DNA of 45,370 bases from an uncultured Candidatus Saccharibacteria bacterium (GTDB lineage Bacteria; Patescibacteriota; Minisyncoccia; Phycocordibacterales; SW-6-46-9), in assembly GCA_964452185.1 (NCBI GenBank), contig CAYVKO010000001.1:2945-48314 (forward strand). Direction: 5' to 3'. Within the stretch, counting starts at the first letter, position 1, and each line of letters opens with the position of its first letter. Below the pieces are notes generated by a model. That model was not told where the DNA came from. It made no database searches and worked only from the letters and a program-made list of their open reading frames with translations. The translations under genes and the position numbers were made by a program. This document shows, piece after piece, positions 18,559-28,578 of this stretch.

Positions 18559-19659
18559 GTGAATATTATTATATTTATAGCTGCATTGGCGCTTTTAATC
18601 CTGGTCCATGAGGCCGGGCATTTTTTCGTTGCAAAGTGGTCGGGGATGCGTGTTGATGAGTTTGGTTTAGGCTTTCCGCCACGAGCCGCTACATACGAGC
18701 CGGAAGGGAGTGAAACCACATACTCACTTAACTGGTTGCCGATTGGTGGTTTTGTGAAGATTTTCGGTGAAGACTTGGAGGATATAGATTCGGATCACCC
18801 AGATAAGGACAGAAGTTTTTCTTCTAAATCAACCGGTAAGCAGGTTGCAGTGTTGGTTGCTGGAGTGGTGATGAATATGATTTTGGCGTATTTGCTTCTT
18901 TCGCTTTCGTTCATGATAGGGAAGGTGGTAATGCAGGATAATGAAAGTCAGCCACTTTCAGATAAGCGGGTGATCATCACGCAGGTGCTACCTGATTCAC
19001 CAGCAGCATCGGCTGGGCTTGAACCCGGTAGCAGGTTAACTGAGCTTCAGGTTGGAACAAACACTTTATCCGGCGAGGATATTACGCCGGATGAGATTCA
19101 AGATATGGTGTCGCAAGCTACCAGCTCTCCGGTTGCTGTCACTGCATCAATGGGGGGTAGGACTAATCGAGCTACAGTTACTCCAGAAACCACAGAGGAA
19201 GGCGATCGCCAGATAGGTATAGCTATGGCAGAGGTCGGCACGCTCACGCTCGGGCCGCTTGATGCTCTCAAGCGTGGCGCACAAGCCACAGTCAACATAA
19301 CTGAGCAAACTTTGGCTGGGTTTTATGGCTTGCTTCAGGATGCGGTATCCGGCAGCACAGAAAGACTTTCACAGGTGGCCGGACCGGTAGGTATTGCTGA
19401 CTTTGTCGGAGATGCTGCAGATCGCGGCACAGCTCCATTGTTTTCTTTTGTGGCGCTTATCTCAATCAACTTAGCCATTCTAAACCTGCTTCCGGTACCG
19501 GCGCTTGATGGCGGACGCATTGTCTTCTCGCTTATTGAAGAGGTGCGCAGAAAACCGATACCGCCTCGAGTTGCACAGATTGTTAACGGTGTCGGAATGG
19601 CTCTGTTACTGCTTTTGATGATCTTGGTGACATACCAGGATATTCTGCGATTGCTATAA
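18559..19659 (+). CDS. rseP: RseP-like site-2 (M50) metalloprotease with PDZ domain
   Basis: HEAGH, PIGGFVKI, PDSPA and NLLPVPALDGG motifs. Confidence 0.93.
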   Translation: MNIIIFIAALALLILVHEAGHFFVAKWSGMRVDEFGLGFPPRAATYEPEGSETTYSLNWLPIGGFVKIFGEDLEDIDSDHPDKDRSFSSKSTGKQVAVLVAGVVMNMILAYLLLSLSFMIGKVVMQDNESQPLSDKRVIITQVLPDSPAASAGLEPGSRLTELQVGTNTLSGEDITPDEIQDMVSQATSSPVAVTASMGGRTNRATVTPETTEEGDRQIGIAMAEVGTLTLGPLDALKRGAQATVNITEQTLAGFYGLLQDAVSGSTERLSQVAGPVGIADFVGDAADRGTAPLFSFVALISINLAILNLLPVPALDGGRIVFSLIEEVRRKPIPPRVAQIVNGVGMALLLLLMILVTYQDILRLL

Positions 19660-19781
19660 CCATACTTTTTGTTGTGCGACCTTACTCGAAAAGCGGTAAT
19701 TCGTCTGCTATTATAGTCATACGTACTTGGGTGTAGAGAAGCGAGTATCTGTATGCAGATTATGAGGTAAATAATGTGTCT

Positions 19782-21038
19782 ATGCGACAGTCGAGCTTAT
19801 TTGCAAAAACAAGAAAAGAACCACCAGCTGATGAAGAGGCTAAAAATGCCAAGCTTTTAATTCAGGCTGGATTTATTCATAAAGAAATGGCAGGGGTGTA
19901 TGACTTTTTGCCGCTCGGACTTCGGGTGCGTAACAATATTGAAGAAATAATCCGTGAGGAAATGGAAGCGGTTGGTGGTCAAGAGGTAGCGCTGACAACA
20001 TTGCAAAAAAAGGAGCTGTGGGAAAAAACCGGTCGCTGGGAGGTTGCTGATGATGAGTTGTGGTTTAAAAGTGAGTTAGCCGCTGGTGGAGAGGTAGGGT
20101 TGGCATGGTCGCATGAAGACCCGTTGACAGCGCTGATGACAAAGCACGTTTCTTCTTACAAGAATCTTCCGCAAGCTGTCTACCAATTTCAGACCAAACT
20201 CCGGAATGAGCTGCGAGCAAAGTCTGGTATCATGCGCGGCCGGGAGTTTCTAATGAAGGATCTGTACTCATTTTCTAAAACCCAAGAAGAGCACGATGCT
20301 TTCTATGAAAAAATGAAGGAAGTCTATATGCGAGTATTTGATCGAGTTGGTCTCGGTGAGAATACGTACGAAACGGTAGCTGGTGGTGGAGTATTTACAA
20401 CTGGACATACGCATGAGTTTCAGACTGTAAGCGAAGTTGGTGAAGACACAATCTATCTTGATAAAGAAAAAGGACTTGCTGTAAATGAAGAGGTGATGGA
20501 TGGCGATACGCTCGCCGAGCTTGACTTATCACAGGGTGACCTTGAGGAAGTTTCAGCTATTGAGGTGGGGAATATATTTCCGTTGGGCACAAAATATTCC
20601 GACCCGCTAGATCTCACATTTACGGATGAAGACGGAAAAGATAAGCCGGTTATCATGGGGTCGTACGGAATTGGGGTGGGGCGCCTTATGGGCGCAATTG
20701 TTGAGGTTATGGCAAATGAAGATGGTCTCTTGTGGCCTGAGTCTGTAGCGCCGTTTCAGGTACACCTGATCTCAATAGGGGATAGTGAAACGGTATCTAC
20801 TAATACAAACTCTGTTTACAAAAAACTCCAAGAGGCCGGAATAGATGTTCTGTATGATGATCGAGATACACATCCGGGAGAGAAGTTTGCGGACAGTGAT
20901 CTTTTGGGAATTCCTACGCAGGTGATAGTGAGTGAGAAAACAATTGAAAAGGACGCGCTGGAAGTAACACATCAAATGCGTGAGGAAACAGAGTATCTTT
21001 CGTTGCAGAGATTAATTAATACTGTTACAAACCAATGA
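19782..21038 (+). CDS. proS: proline--tRNA ligase (short form, no editing insertion)
   Basis: MRQS, QTKLRNELR, REFLMKDLYSF, IEVGNIF.LG and MGSYGIGVGR motifs; start 19776 or 19782. Confidence 0.95.
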   Translation: MRQSSLFAKTRKEPPADEEAKNAKLLIQAGFIHKEMAGVYDFLPLGLRVRNNIEEIIREEMEAVGGQEVALTTLQKKELWEKTGRWEVADDELWFKSELAAGGEVGLAWSHEDPLTALMTKHVSSYKNLPQAVYQFQTKLRNELRAKSGIMRGREFLMKDLYSFSKTQEEHDAFYEKMKEVYMRVFDRVGLGENTYETVAGGGVFTTGHTHEFQTVSEVGEDTIYLDKEKGLAVNEEVMDGDTLAELDLSQGDLEEVSAIEVGNIFPLGTKYSDPLDLTFTDEDGKDKPVIMGSYGIGVGRLMGAIVEVMANEDGLLWPESVAPFQVHLISIGDSETVSTNTNSVYKKLQEAGIDVLYDDRDTHPGEKFADSDLLGIPTQVIVSEKTIEKDALEVTHQMREETEYLSLQRLINTVTNQ

Positions 21039-22105
21039 ATCTGTTTAAAAGTGGCGCTAACTGGTTTTATAATCGGCGGCAGATTGGTGTAGATCTAGGG
21101 AGTGCGAATGTGCGAATATCTCTGCCTCCGCACAAAAGCGTTTTGTCTCAACCATCTGTAGTGGCTCGTAATACATACTCTGATCGAATTACGGCTATTG
21201 GTTCGAAGGCGCAGGAAATGCAGGGTCGTACTCCTGAACATATTGAGTGCATATTTCCGATTGAGCACGGAGTGGTGGATGATCCGGAAGCGACGGAGGC
21301 TTTACTGTCTATGCTTCTGCATCAGCATATGACAAAAGTTGAGAAGCTGCTGGGTCGAGTGATGGTGGTTGCTGTTCCACCCTCTGTTACGGATGTATCT
21401 GTTCGGTCTGTTGGGGGTGTGTTGCAGCGTATCGGTGCTCGTCGTATAAAGGTGGTGCCGATGTCGGTGGCTGCACTGCTTGGAGTAGGTGTGTCGATTA
21501 GCGATCCGCTTGGCCAGATGGTGGTAGATGTTGGGGCTGGTAAGACTACTGCCGGAATAGTTTCAGGAGGCAAGGTTGTGTCTTCGTCCGGATCAGACAT
21601 AGGAGGTAATTCATATGATGAGAAGATAGTTGGTTATGTTGCAGAGGAGTTCGGCTTACGGATTAGTAAATTACAAGCACAAGAGATAAAACACACGTTG
21701 GCTAGTATTGGGGAGAACTTCTCTCCAGAGTCTGATGAGATGTCGGTGTACGGCCAAGACAATACTAGTGGCTTACCACGCGAGATAAGTATTTCCAAAG
21801 TCGATATCCGGGAAGCCATTACGCCATTAGTGGAAGATACTGCAGCCTTTATTAAAGACTTTTTGCAGTCGGTACCAACTGATACAGCGGCAGACGTTTA
21901 CACTCATGGGGTTCATCTAGTCGGTGGCATGGCGCAAGTGCCTGGGTTAGCCTCTTATCTGGAAGATGAGCTATCGGTAACAGTTCATAAGCATGACACA
22001 CCGGAACTAGCCGTGGTTCATGGATTGAGTCAGATAGCCAGCCGGCCGCAAGACTTGCCATCGGTCACTTCTATTCAATCATACTATGAGGACACAGCTG
22101 ATTAA
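21035..22105 (+). CDS. mreB: rod shape-determining protein MreB (divergent)
   Basis: GVDLGSAN, QPSVVA, MQGRTP, VVDVGAGKT and LVGG motifs; upstream of mreC and mrdA. Confidence 0.9.
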   Translation: MNLFKSGANWFYNRRQIGVDLGSANVRISLPPHKSVLSQPSVVARNTYSDRITAIGSKAQEMQGRTPEHIECIFPIEHGVVDDPEATEALLSMLLHQHMTKVEKLLGRVMVVAVPPSVTDVSVRSVGGVLQRIGARRIKVVPMSVAALLGVGVSISDPLGQMVVDVGAGKTTAGIVSGGKVVSSSGSDIGGNSYDEKIVGYVAEEFGLRISKLQAQEIKHTLASIGENFSPESDEMSVYGQDNTSGLPREISISKVDIREAITPLVEDTAAFIKDFLQSVPTDTAADVYTHGVHLVGGMAQVPGLASYLEDELSVTVHKHDTPELAVVHGLSQIASRPQDLPSVTSIQSYYEDTAD

Positions 22106-22784
22106 TTTACAGTACATTGCAGTCATAATACTTTTGCTGGTTATTGGTGTATTTATATGGCTGGAGGCGCCGAGTATGCAGCAAGTAGGTAACCAGTTTG
22201 TGCTGGATACTGCATTTACGCGAGCATCATCAGGTGAGGTAGCTCGGCTAAAAGCAACCAAGGCTGCGTATAATCGTCTTCGGAACGAACTGGCGGTAAC
22301 CAACCCTGATCAAAGGATGGCGACCGGAACGGTGCCGGCAGAGTTTCAGGAAGCAGCAGTGATCGGTCGGCCGCCGCAATCTCCGTATGATACGTTGATT
22401 ATCGACATAGGTAGTCAGTCTGACGTAGAGTTAGAGGCTCCAGTGTGGTGGCCACCAGGTGTGTATCTTGGAGAAGTTATTAACGTACGAGAACGTACTG
22501 CTGTGGTGCAGTTGGTATCGTCCCCTTCTGTTAATCACCAAGCGCAAATTTCTGAAGGAGTACAAGCTGAGCTTTCAGGGCAAGGGGGTGGGGCGATTCA
22601 AGCGGAGGTTGCGGACGATGTATCGGTTGCTACTGGTACGCAAGTCATTTCAGATAGATATGGTTTGCCTGTTGGTGAGGTTGCTGCGGTTGAGCCTGTC
22701 CCGGATATAGGCTTAACTCGCCTTCATATTACTCAATTGGTTCCAATGTCGGTAGTCGAATACGTGTATGTCGGAGAATTATAA
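22086..22784 (+). CDS. mreC: rod shape-determining protein MreC
   Basis: TM helix and short coiled coil; A.VI.RPPQSPYDTLIIDIG; synteny. Confidence 0.85.
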   Translation: MRTQLINLQYIAVIILLLVIGVFIWLEAPSMQQVGNQFVLDTAFTRASSGEVARLKATKAAYNRLRNELAVTNPDQRMATGTVPAEFQEAAVIGRPPQSPYDTLIIDIGSQSDVELEAPVWWPPGVYLGEVINVRERTAVVQLVSSPSVNHQAQISEGVQAELSGQGGGAIQAEVADDVSVATGTQVISDRYGLPVGEVAAVEPVPDIGLTRLHITQLVPMSVVEYVYVGEL

Positions 22785-23019
22785 CGTACTGGTTCGCGAA
22801 GTTTTTGCTGTACTGTTGTTTGCGGCCATTTTTGTGTTGCCTTGGTGGATAGTTATGTTGCTGGGTGTTGGTGGTATACTAATTTTTGATTTGTTTGTGG
22901 AGGTGCTGGTTGTGGGGTGGTACATAGATGTATTGTTTAATCCGGGTGGGGTGCCGCAGCTAACTCTCTTCTTGGCGATAACTCTTATTGTGGTAAGGGT
23001 AATAAAAGCTTATCTATAG
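22768..23019 (+). CDS. small polytopic membrane protein in the mreD position
   Basis: 83 aa, very hydrophobic, lies between mreC and mrdA. Confidence 0.65.
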   Translation: MSENYNVLVREVFAVLLFAAIFVLPWWIVMLLGVGGILIFDLFVEVLVVGWYIDVLFNPGGVPQLTLFLAITLIVVRVIKAYL

Positions 23020-24753
23020 ATGTCTATTTTTGAATACATAAAAGATGTAAAAAAACGATTTGGCAGTCAAGACAAGGCTGTTAGTACAGCGAAGTTTGAG
23101 TCAGTGTTTGTAGATGAGCAAGCACCAGTTAAAGACCCTAGCCGAGGGACAGTCTTTTGGACCTCAGCTAACGGTAAAAGGCTTCAAAACCGAATCATTA
23201 TGTTGGGGGTTGTTACTTTCTTGGTGGCCATCGTTTTTGTTGGTCAGCTTTGGCGGCTGCAAGTGACACAAGGGCAAGCTATGGCTATCGAGGGGGAGCA
23301 CAATACACTCTCGCAAACACCAGTATTTGCTCGTCGGGGTGCTATTACAGATCGTCAAGGAAAGCAATTGGCCTGGAGCGAGTCGACTAGTTCAAAACGA
23401 TACTTTACGCGTTCTTATGCTACTTCTACGGCGGGTTTGGGTCACTTGCTGGGTCATGTTAGTTACCCTAAACGTGACGATAACGGCAACTTTTACCGGA
23501 CAGAGGTTGAAGGTCAGGAAGGGGTAGAGGCAAGCTTGCAAGATAGGTTGGCGGCTGATACAGGAGCTAAGATAGTTGAAACTAATGCTTTAGGGGAAGT
23601 GACTTCAGAAAGTACAGTAGCTAACCCGCAAGCAGGAGATAACATTGAACTTACCGTAGATGCTGGTGTGCAACAGAAATTATTCTCGCTAATTAAAGAG
23701 ACCGCCACGGATCGAGGGTTTGCTGGTGGTGCCGGAGTACTCATGGATGTTCATTCTGGTGAGTTACTGGCAGCGACAAGTTACCCGGAGTTCGATCCGG
23801 CTAAGCTAACAGATGGTGAAAGAGGGTATGTTAAATCACTCACCAAAAACAACACCCGTCCGTTTCTTAATCGGGTAAGTGCTGGCCGGTTTACTCCTGG
23901 CTCGATCGTAAAGCCCTTTATGGCGCTGGCAGCTTTAGAGGAGGGAGTGATAACGCCACGAACGGAGATTGTTAGCACTGGCCAACTACGGATAGAGAAC
24001 CCGTATGAGGAGGATACATATACCATTTTCGAGGACTGGGATGCGCACGGGGCTGTTAATATGCGCGAAGCACTGGCTGTATCATCTAATGTGTATTTTT
24101 ATCAGATTGGAGGCGGACACGAAGACCAGCCTGGATTAGGAATTGATAATATTTCTCGTTACAGTCATGCATTTGGTTTAGGTGAAGAAACCGGAATAGA
24201 GGAGTTTTCAGAAGAGGAGGGAGTAATACCAACCCCTGAATGGAAGCGGGCAAACTTTGATGGTGAGCCGTGGCGGCTTGGTGATACATACAATACGGCA
24301 ATAGGTCAGTACGGATACCAGGTAACACCACTGCAGATGGTCCGGGCTGTGTCAGGTATAGCTACAGATGGTATACTGCCTAAGCCGGTTTTGCAGCGTG
24401 ACGCACAAACCCAGCAGGAATCTGTCTCGGAGTCAATCAATTCGGAACACTATCAAGTCGTTCGTGAAGGGATGCGTCGAGCTGTTACGGACGGCACAGC
24501 TTCGGGTCTTGATGCTGGTTTTGTGGAAATAGCTGCCAAGACAGGTACTGCAGAACTTGGAGGCAAGGAGGCTGGAGTTAACTCGTGGGTAATAGGATTT
24601 TTCCCGTATGATAACCCTCGATTTGCTTTCACGGTAGTGATGGCTGACGGCCCTCGGTCTAACGTGATTGGTGGAGTGTATGTGATGCGGCGGTTGGTTA
24701 ATTGGATGCAGCAAAACCGCTCGTCGTATCTTCAACCTGCGTCTAGTGAGTAG
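23020..24753 (+). CDS. mrdA: penicillin-binding protein 2 (class B transpeptidase)
   Basis: RGAITDR; SIVK (SxxK), SSN (SxN) and KTGT motifs. Confidence 0.92.
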   Translation: MSIFEYIKDVKKRFGSQDKAVSTAKFESVFVDEQAPVKDPSRGTVFWTSANGKRLQNRIIMLGVVTFLVAIVFVGQLWRLQVTQGQAMAIEGEHNTLSQTPVFARRGAITDRQGKQLAWSESTSSKRYFTRSYATSTAGLGHLLGHVSYPKRDDNGNFYRTEVEGQEGVEASLQDRLAADTGAKIVETNALGEVTSESTVANPQAGDNIELTVDAGVQQKLFSLIKETATDRGFAGGAGVLMDVHSGELLAATSYPEFDPAKLTDGERGYVKSLTKNNTRPFLNRVSAGRFTPGSIVKPFMALAALEEGVITPRTEIVSTGQLRIENPYEEDTYTIFEDWDAHGAVNMREALAVSSNVYFYQIGGGHEDQPGLGIDNISRYSHAFGLGEETGIEEFSEEEGVIPTPEWKRANFDGEPWRLGDTYNTAIGQYGYQVTPLQMVRAVSGIATDGILPKPVLQRDAQTQQESVSESINSEHYQVVREGMRRAVTDGTASGLDAGFVEIAAKTGTAELGGKEAGVNSWVIGFFPYDNPRFAFTVVMADGPRSNVIGGVYVMRRLVNWMQQNRSSYLQPASSE

Positions 24754-24840
24754 AGACTACTTTCGTCATACTTGTCAACAAAAGTTTTGTATATCATACG
24801 TCATACTTAATAATGTTTATGGTTAACAAACTGAATTCAA

Positions 24841-25314
24841 ATGACTGAAAAAGATCAAAAAAAATACATCACAAAAGAAAAGCGAGAAGAACTTAAAGAG
24901 GAACTTGACCATTTAACTAACACTCGCCGAGGAGAAATAGCGAAAGAGATAGAACGAGCTAAGGAAATGGGGGACTTATCTGAAAATGCAGAGTATCAAC
25001 AGGCGAGAGCAGACCAAGCCAATCTTGAAGGTCGTATTTCCGAAATAAAAGAAATACTTAAAACAGCAGAAATAGTAGAGCATAAAAATTCTGGCGTTGT
25101 TGAGGTAGGCTCTTCAGTAACAGTCAGAAAAAAACACAGCTCAAAAGAAACTACGTATCACATCGTTGGTTCCGAGGAAACTAATATGGAAACAGGCCAT
25201 ATATCTCATACATCACCGCTTGGCGAAGCGTTAATGGGACACGGTCCGGGCGATACAGTTGAACTTGAAACGCCAGGAGGTGAGGTTGTCTATCACATAG
25301 AGGATGTGGAATAA
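24841..25314 (+). CDS. greA: transcription elongation factor GreA
   Basis: GDLSENAEY and IS..SPLGEAL motifs. Confidence 0.97.
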   Translation: MTEKDQKKYITKEKREELKEELDHLTNTRRGEIAKEIERAKEMGDLSENAEYQQARADQANLEGRISEIKEILKTAEIVEHKNSGVVEVGSSVTVRKKHSSKETTYHIVGSEETNMETGHISHTSPLGEALMGHGPGDTVELETPGGEVVYHIEDVE

Positions 25315-25346
25315 AAAGTGGTAAAAGTGCGTTATAATAACTACAT

Positions 25347-26810
25347 ATGGCATCAATAGAAGAGCTTCGAAAAGAGCGTCAAAATAAACGTCGTCTTATC
25401 GAGGACGCCGGCAAGGATGTGTATCCGATTTCAACTCAGCGTACACACTCTGTTGAGCAGATCACCCAAGACTTTTCAGGCTTTTCGGATGCAGGTGAGT
25501 TACTTTGGATAGCAGGCCGTATTCTCTCTGTTCGGGAGCACGGCAGCGTTGTATTTTTTGATATCTTTGATGGTACAGACGAAATACAAGTGGTTTTAAA
25601 GGAGGATGAAGTAGAGCCAGAAGCAGATTTTGAACTTTTTGTAGATGCTGTAGATATAGGTGATTTTGTGGAAGTTAAAGGAGTGCCGGATACCACAAGA
25701 ACAGGCCAAGAATCCATAATGGCAAGTCAGTGGGATATGTTGGCAAAGGCGATTCGACCTATACCTACTCAGTGGGATGGCCTTGAAGATACAGAAACTC
25801 GTTTACGAAAACGGTATATAGATATACTGATGAATGATGAAGCTCGAGATTTGGTTGAGAAACGTAGTCAGTTTTGGAGGGCTATCAGAGAGTTTATGGA
25901 GGAGTCTGACTTTCTTGAAGTGCAAACACCAATATTGGAAACTACTCCAGGTGGGGCTGATGCTAGGGCGTTTAAGTCTCACCACAATGCGTTAGATATG
26001 GATGTGTACCTGCGGATTTCAGCTGGTGAGTTGTGGCAAAAGCGGCTTTTGGTGGCTGGATTTGAAAAGGTGTTCGAAGTCGGGCGGGTGTTTAGAAATG
26101 AGGGAATTTCAGCCGAACATGCCCAAGATTATATGCAAATGGAGTTTTACTGGGCATACGCAGATCATGAGGACGGCATGGAATTTACTCGTGATCTGTA
26201 CCGGCACATAGCTAAAGAAACGTTTGACACCCTTACTTTCTCCATTCGAGGACATGAAGTTGACTTAGGTAAGGAATGGCAGCGTATTGACTATGTAGAC
26301 ACTGTTAAGGAAAAGATGGGGGTTGATATAAAAAATGCTTCACTAGAAGAGGTAAAGCAAGCATTGGATGAGAATGGAATAAACTACGATGAAGATATTA
26401 ATAAGGTTCGGGCTGTCGATATATTATGGAAGCGTTGCCGTAAGCAGATATCTGGCCCAGGTTTTCTTGTTAATGTACCAAAAAGTCTCTCTCCGCTGGC
26501 TAAAACCAGTGATGAAGATGAATCTACTGTTGCACAGTTTCAACCTATTATAGCCGGTAGCGAGGTTGGTAAAGGCTACAGTGAGTTAAATGATCCGCGA
26601 GAGCAAGCCAAGCGATTTGAGAAACAAGAAGAGCTCAGGAAGGAAGGTGACGAAGAGGCGCAGCGATTCGATCATGATTTTGTAGAGGCGTTGGAACATG
26701 GAATGCCTCCTGCTTGCGGTTTTGGAGTTAGTGAACGACTATTTGCTTTCTTGATGGATCTACCTATTCGAGAAGCACAGATATTTCCACTGCTTAAGCC
26801 CAAGGAGTAA
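25347..26810 (+). CDS. lysS: lysine--tRNA ligase (class II)
   Basis: OB fold; GGADARAF, FRNEG, YSELNDP and GMPPACGFG motifs. Confidence 0.97.
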   Translation: MASIEELRKERQNKRRLIEDAGKDVYPISTQRTHSVEQITQDFSGFSDAGELLWIAGRILSVREHGSVVFFDIFDGTDEIQVVLKEDEVEPEADFELFVDAVDIGDFVEVKGVPDTTRTGQESIMASQWDMLAKAIRPIPTQWDGLEDTETRLRKRYIDILMNDEARDLVEKRSQFWRAIREFMEESDFLEVQTPILETTPGGADARAFKSHHNALDMDVYLRISAGELWQKRLLVAGFEKVFEVGRVFRNEGISAEHAQDYMQMEFYWAYADHEDGMEFTRDLYRHIAKETFDTLTFSIRGHEVDLGKEWQRIDYVDTVKEKMGVDIKNASLEEVKQALDENGINYDEDINKVRAVDILWKRCRKQISGPGFLVNVPKSLSPLAKTSDEDESTVAQFQPIIAGSEVGKGYSELNDPREQAKRFEKQEELRKEGDEEAQRFDHDFVEALEHGMPPACGFGVSERLFAFLMDLPIREAQIFPLLKPKE

Positions 26811-26853
26811 AACTTTTTAGGTTTTGTCGTATATATGTCACTTACAAAAAGAC

Positions 26854-26887
26854 ATTATTAAAAGACAAAAACTTGTCTTTTAATAAT
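26854..26887. repeat. 15-bp perfect AT-rich inverted repeat
   Basis: ATTATTAAAAGACAA-AAAC-TTGTCTTTTAATAAT. Confidence 0.8.
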
Positions 26888-26947
26888 TCATTGTGTTGTC
26901 GCTTGCTTGTCTAAAGTGTAAATAAAAGACATCAAGGTATGTCCTTT

Positions 26948-26976
26948 ACAGCCGCTTGTTCTAAGCGGCTGTTTTT
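26948..26976 (+). terminator. rho-independent terminator
   Basis: ACAGCCGCTT-GTTCT-AAGCGGCTGT plus TTTT. Confidence 0.75.
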
Positions 26977-27063
26977 ACTTGACTGAGGGGCTAATACGAG
27001 TATTATTTCAGTACACAAGTAGATAGATTTAGCAATCATAATAATACTCCCAAACGCAAATAT

Positions 27064-28470
27064 ATGTCCCACATCACACACACAGAAACAGAGAGCGAAT
27101 CTTCGACTAGCACAACAAGTTGGGTGCTGGCACTTTCGGCGTTGCTTGTTACAGCTGTCGTGGTGGTGTTTGGGGGTAGTATTAAGACGTTTGCGCAACA
27201 AGCATATGGTCAGTATGCAGACTCCTCTCGTATAAGTGCAGATCTTAATGAATCATATTTTTACGACACTGCAAACAATAACGACAATGTAGACGGCGAT
27301 CTTGATGAGGAAGGTGAGCGTTTGGCGCAAGAATCAATGCTTTCACAAAATAATACTGAGGATGAAACATCAGATGATTCGGAGCCTACAACTACCGACA
27401 ACAATAATAACGAAACAGAAGATGCTGATGACGATGAGGCAACTGAGGAAGCTGAGACCACTGACAGTACCACTACCGAATCAGAGCAGTGTAGTCCATT
27501 CTTAACAGAAGACTTGCGTATTGACTTTAATAATGATTCAGATGAGGTTCGTAAGTTGCAGACTTTCTTGAGTACACATGCTGGCTATGACTACGTTCCA
27601 CGTTCCGGTACTTTTGGATCTGAAACTCTTCGTGCTGTTCAAGCATTCCAATCTCGTCACGCTGGAGATGTTCTTGAGCCGTGGGGTTACAGAAGTGATG
27701 AAGCAACAGGATATGTATACATTACTACACGACAGAAAATAAATGAGATTTACTGTGAGGAGGAAAATAATCTAGATGGTGAGTTTACACTTAGCGAAAC
27801 CGAGCAGGAAGAAATTGAACAGTATCGACAAAAAATGAATCAGTGGCGTGAACAAGGGGCTGACTTAGACACTCCGCAGTACCTTGAAAATTACTATGGT
27901 ACACAAAACCAAGATACAAGTGCGGTAAATCAGTCCGACACTCCTCAAGAAGATGAAGACCAGGCTCAGGAACAAGATCAAGGCCAAGGCAGTGAAGCTA
28001 CCTCTTCGGAGTCTGCAGCTGCTGAAACAGGAGCTGACAGCGCAACCACTACTGCTACTAGCGCCACAACTACCCAGGAGGAACCAAGTCTTTTCGAGCA
28101 ATTCATTAACTTCTTTACGGGAGATGATGAAGAAGGTGCAACCAGCACTGAAAACGCCACAACCAGCGAAGAGGATACAGCCACTAGCTCTGATGATACA
28201 GAAACGGAAGCCACAACTACTACGGAAGATGGGACTTCCGGCACTAATACCGCAACATCGGCTACAGGGTCTGTAGCGGTTGGCAGCATTGATCAAATGG
28301 CTGCAGGCGTTTATAACGGCATAAACACAGCCTTTAACTTCCTCCTGTCTCCAACCTTTCTTTTGATACTTCTTGGAGTGTTGGTACTACTGCTCGTGAT
28401 TACTCTTCTGTCAGGAACTAAAGAAGAAGAAATGGAACAACAAGATTCGGTACAAGCAGAGCAGGCGTAA
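27064..28470 (+). CDS. acidic surface protein with peptidoglycan-binding-like domain and N- and C-terminal TM segments
   Basis: EVRKLQTFL..GTFGSETLRAVQAFQ..ATGYVYITTR..IN; T/S/E/D-rich linkers. Confidence 0.82.
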   Translation: MSHITHTETESESSTSTTSWVLALSALLVTAVVVVFGGSIKTFAQQAYGQYADSSRISADLNESYFYDTANNNDNVDGDLDEEGERLAQESMLSQNNTEDETSDDSEPTTTDNNNNETEDADDDEATEEAETTDSTTTESEQCSPFLTEDLRIDFNNDSDEVRKLQTFLSTHAGYDYVPRSGTFGSETLRAVQAFQSRHAGDVLEPWGYRSDEATGYVYITTRQKINEIYCEEENNLDGEFTLSETEQEEIEQYRQKMNQWREQGADLDTPQYLENYYGTQNQDTSAVNQSDTPQEDEDQAQEQDQGQGSEATSSESAAAETGADSATTTATSATTTQEEPSLFEQFINFFTGDDEEGATSTENATTSEEDTATSSDDTETEATTTTEDGTSGTNTATSATGSVAVGSIDQMAAGVYNGINTAFNFLLSPTFLLILLGVLVLLLVITLLSGTKEEEMEQQDSVQAEQA

Positions 28471-28578
28471 CTTGGTTGAAGATAGGAAAAAACTCCTCTA
28501 ATTTTTAGTAAAGTTAAAAAGCGGTACAAACCTTTCCACATAATTTTTAGGCAGTACGGTATACTATAAATGTCGTAC

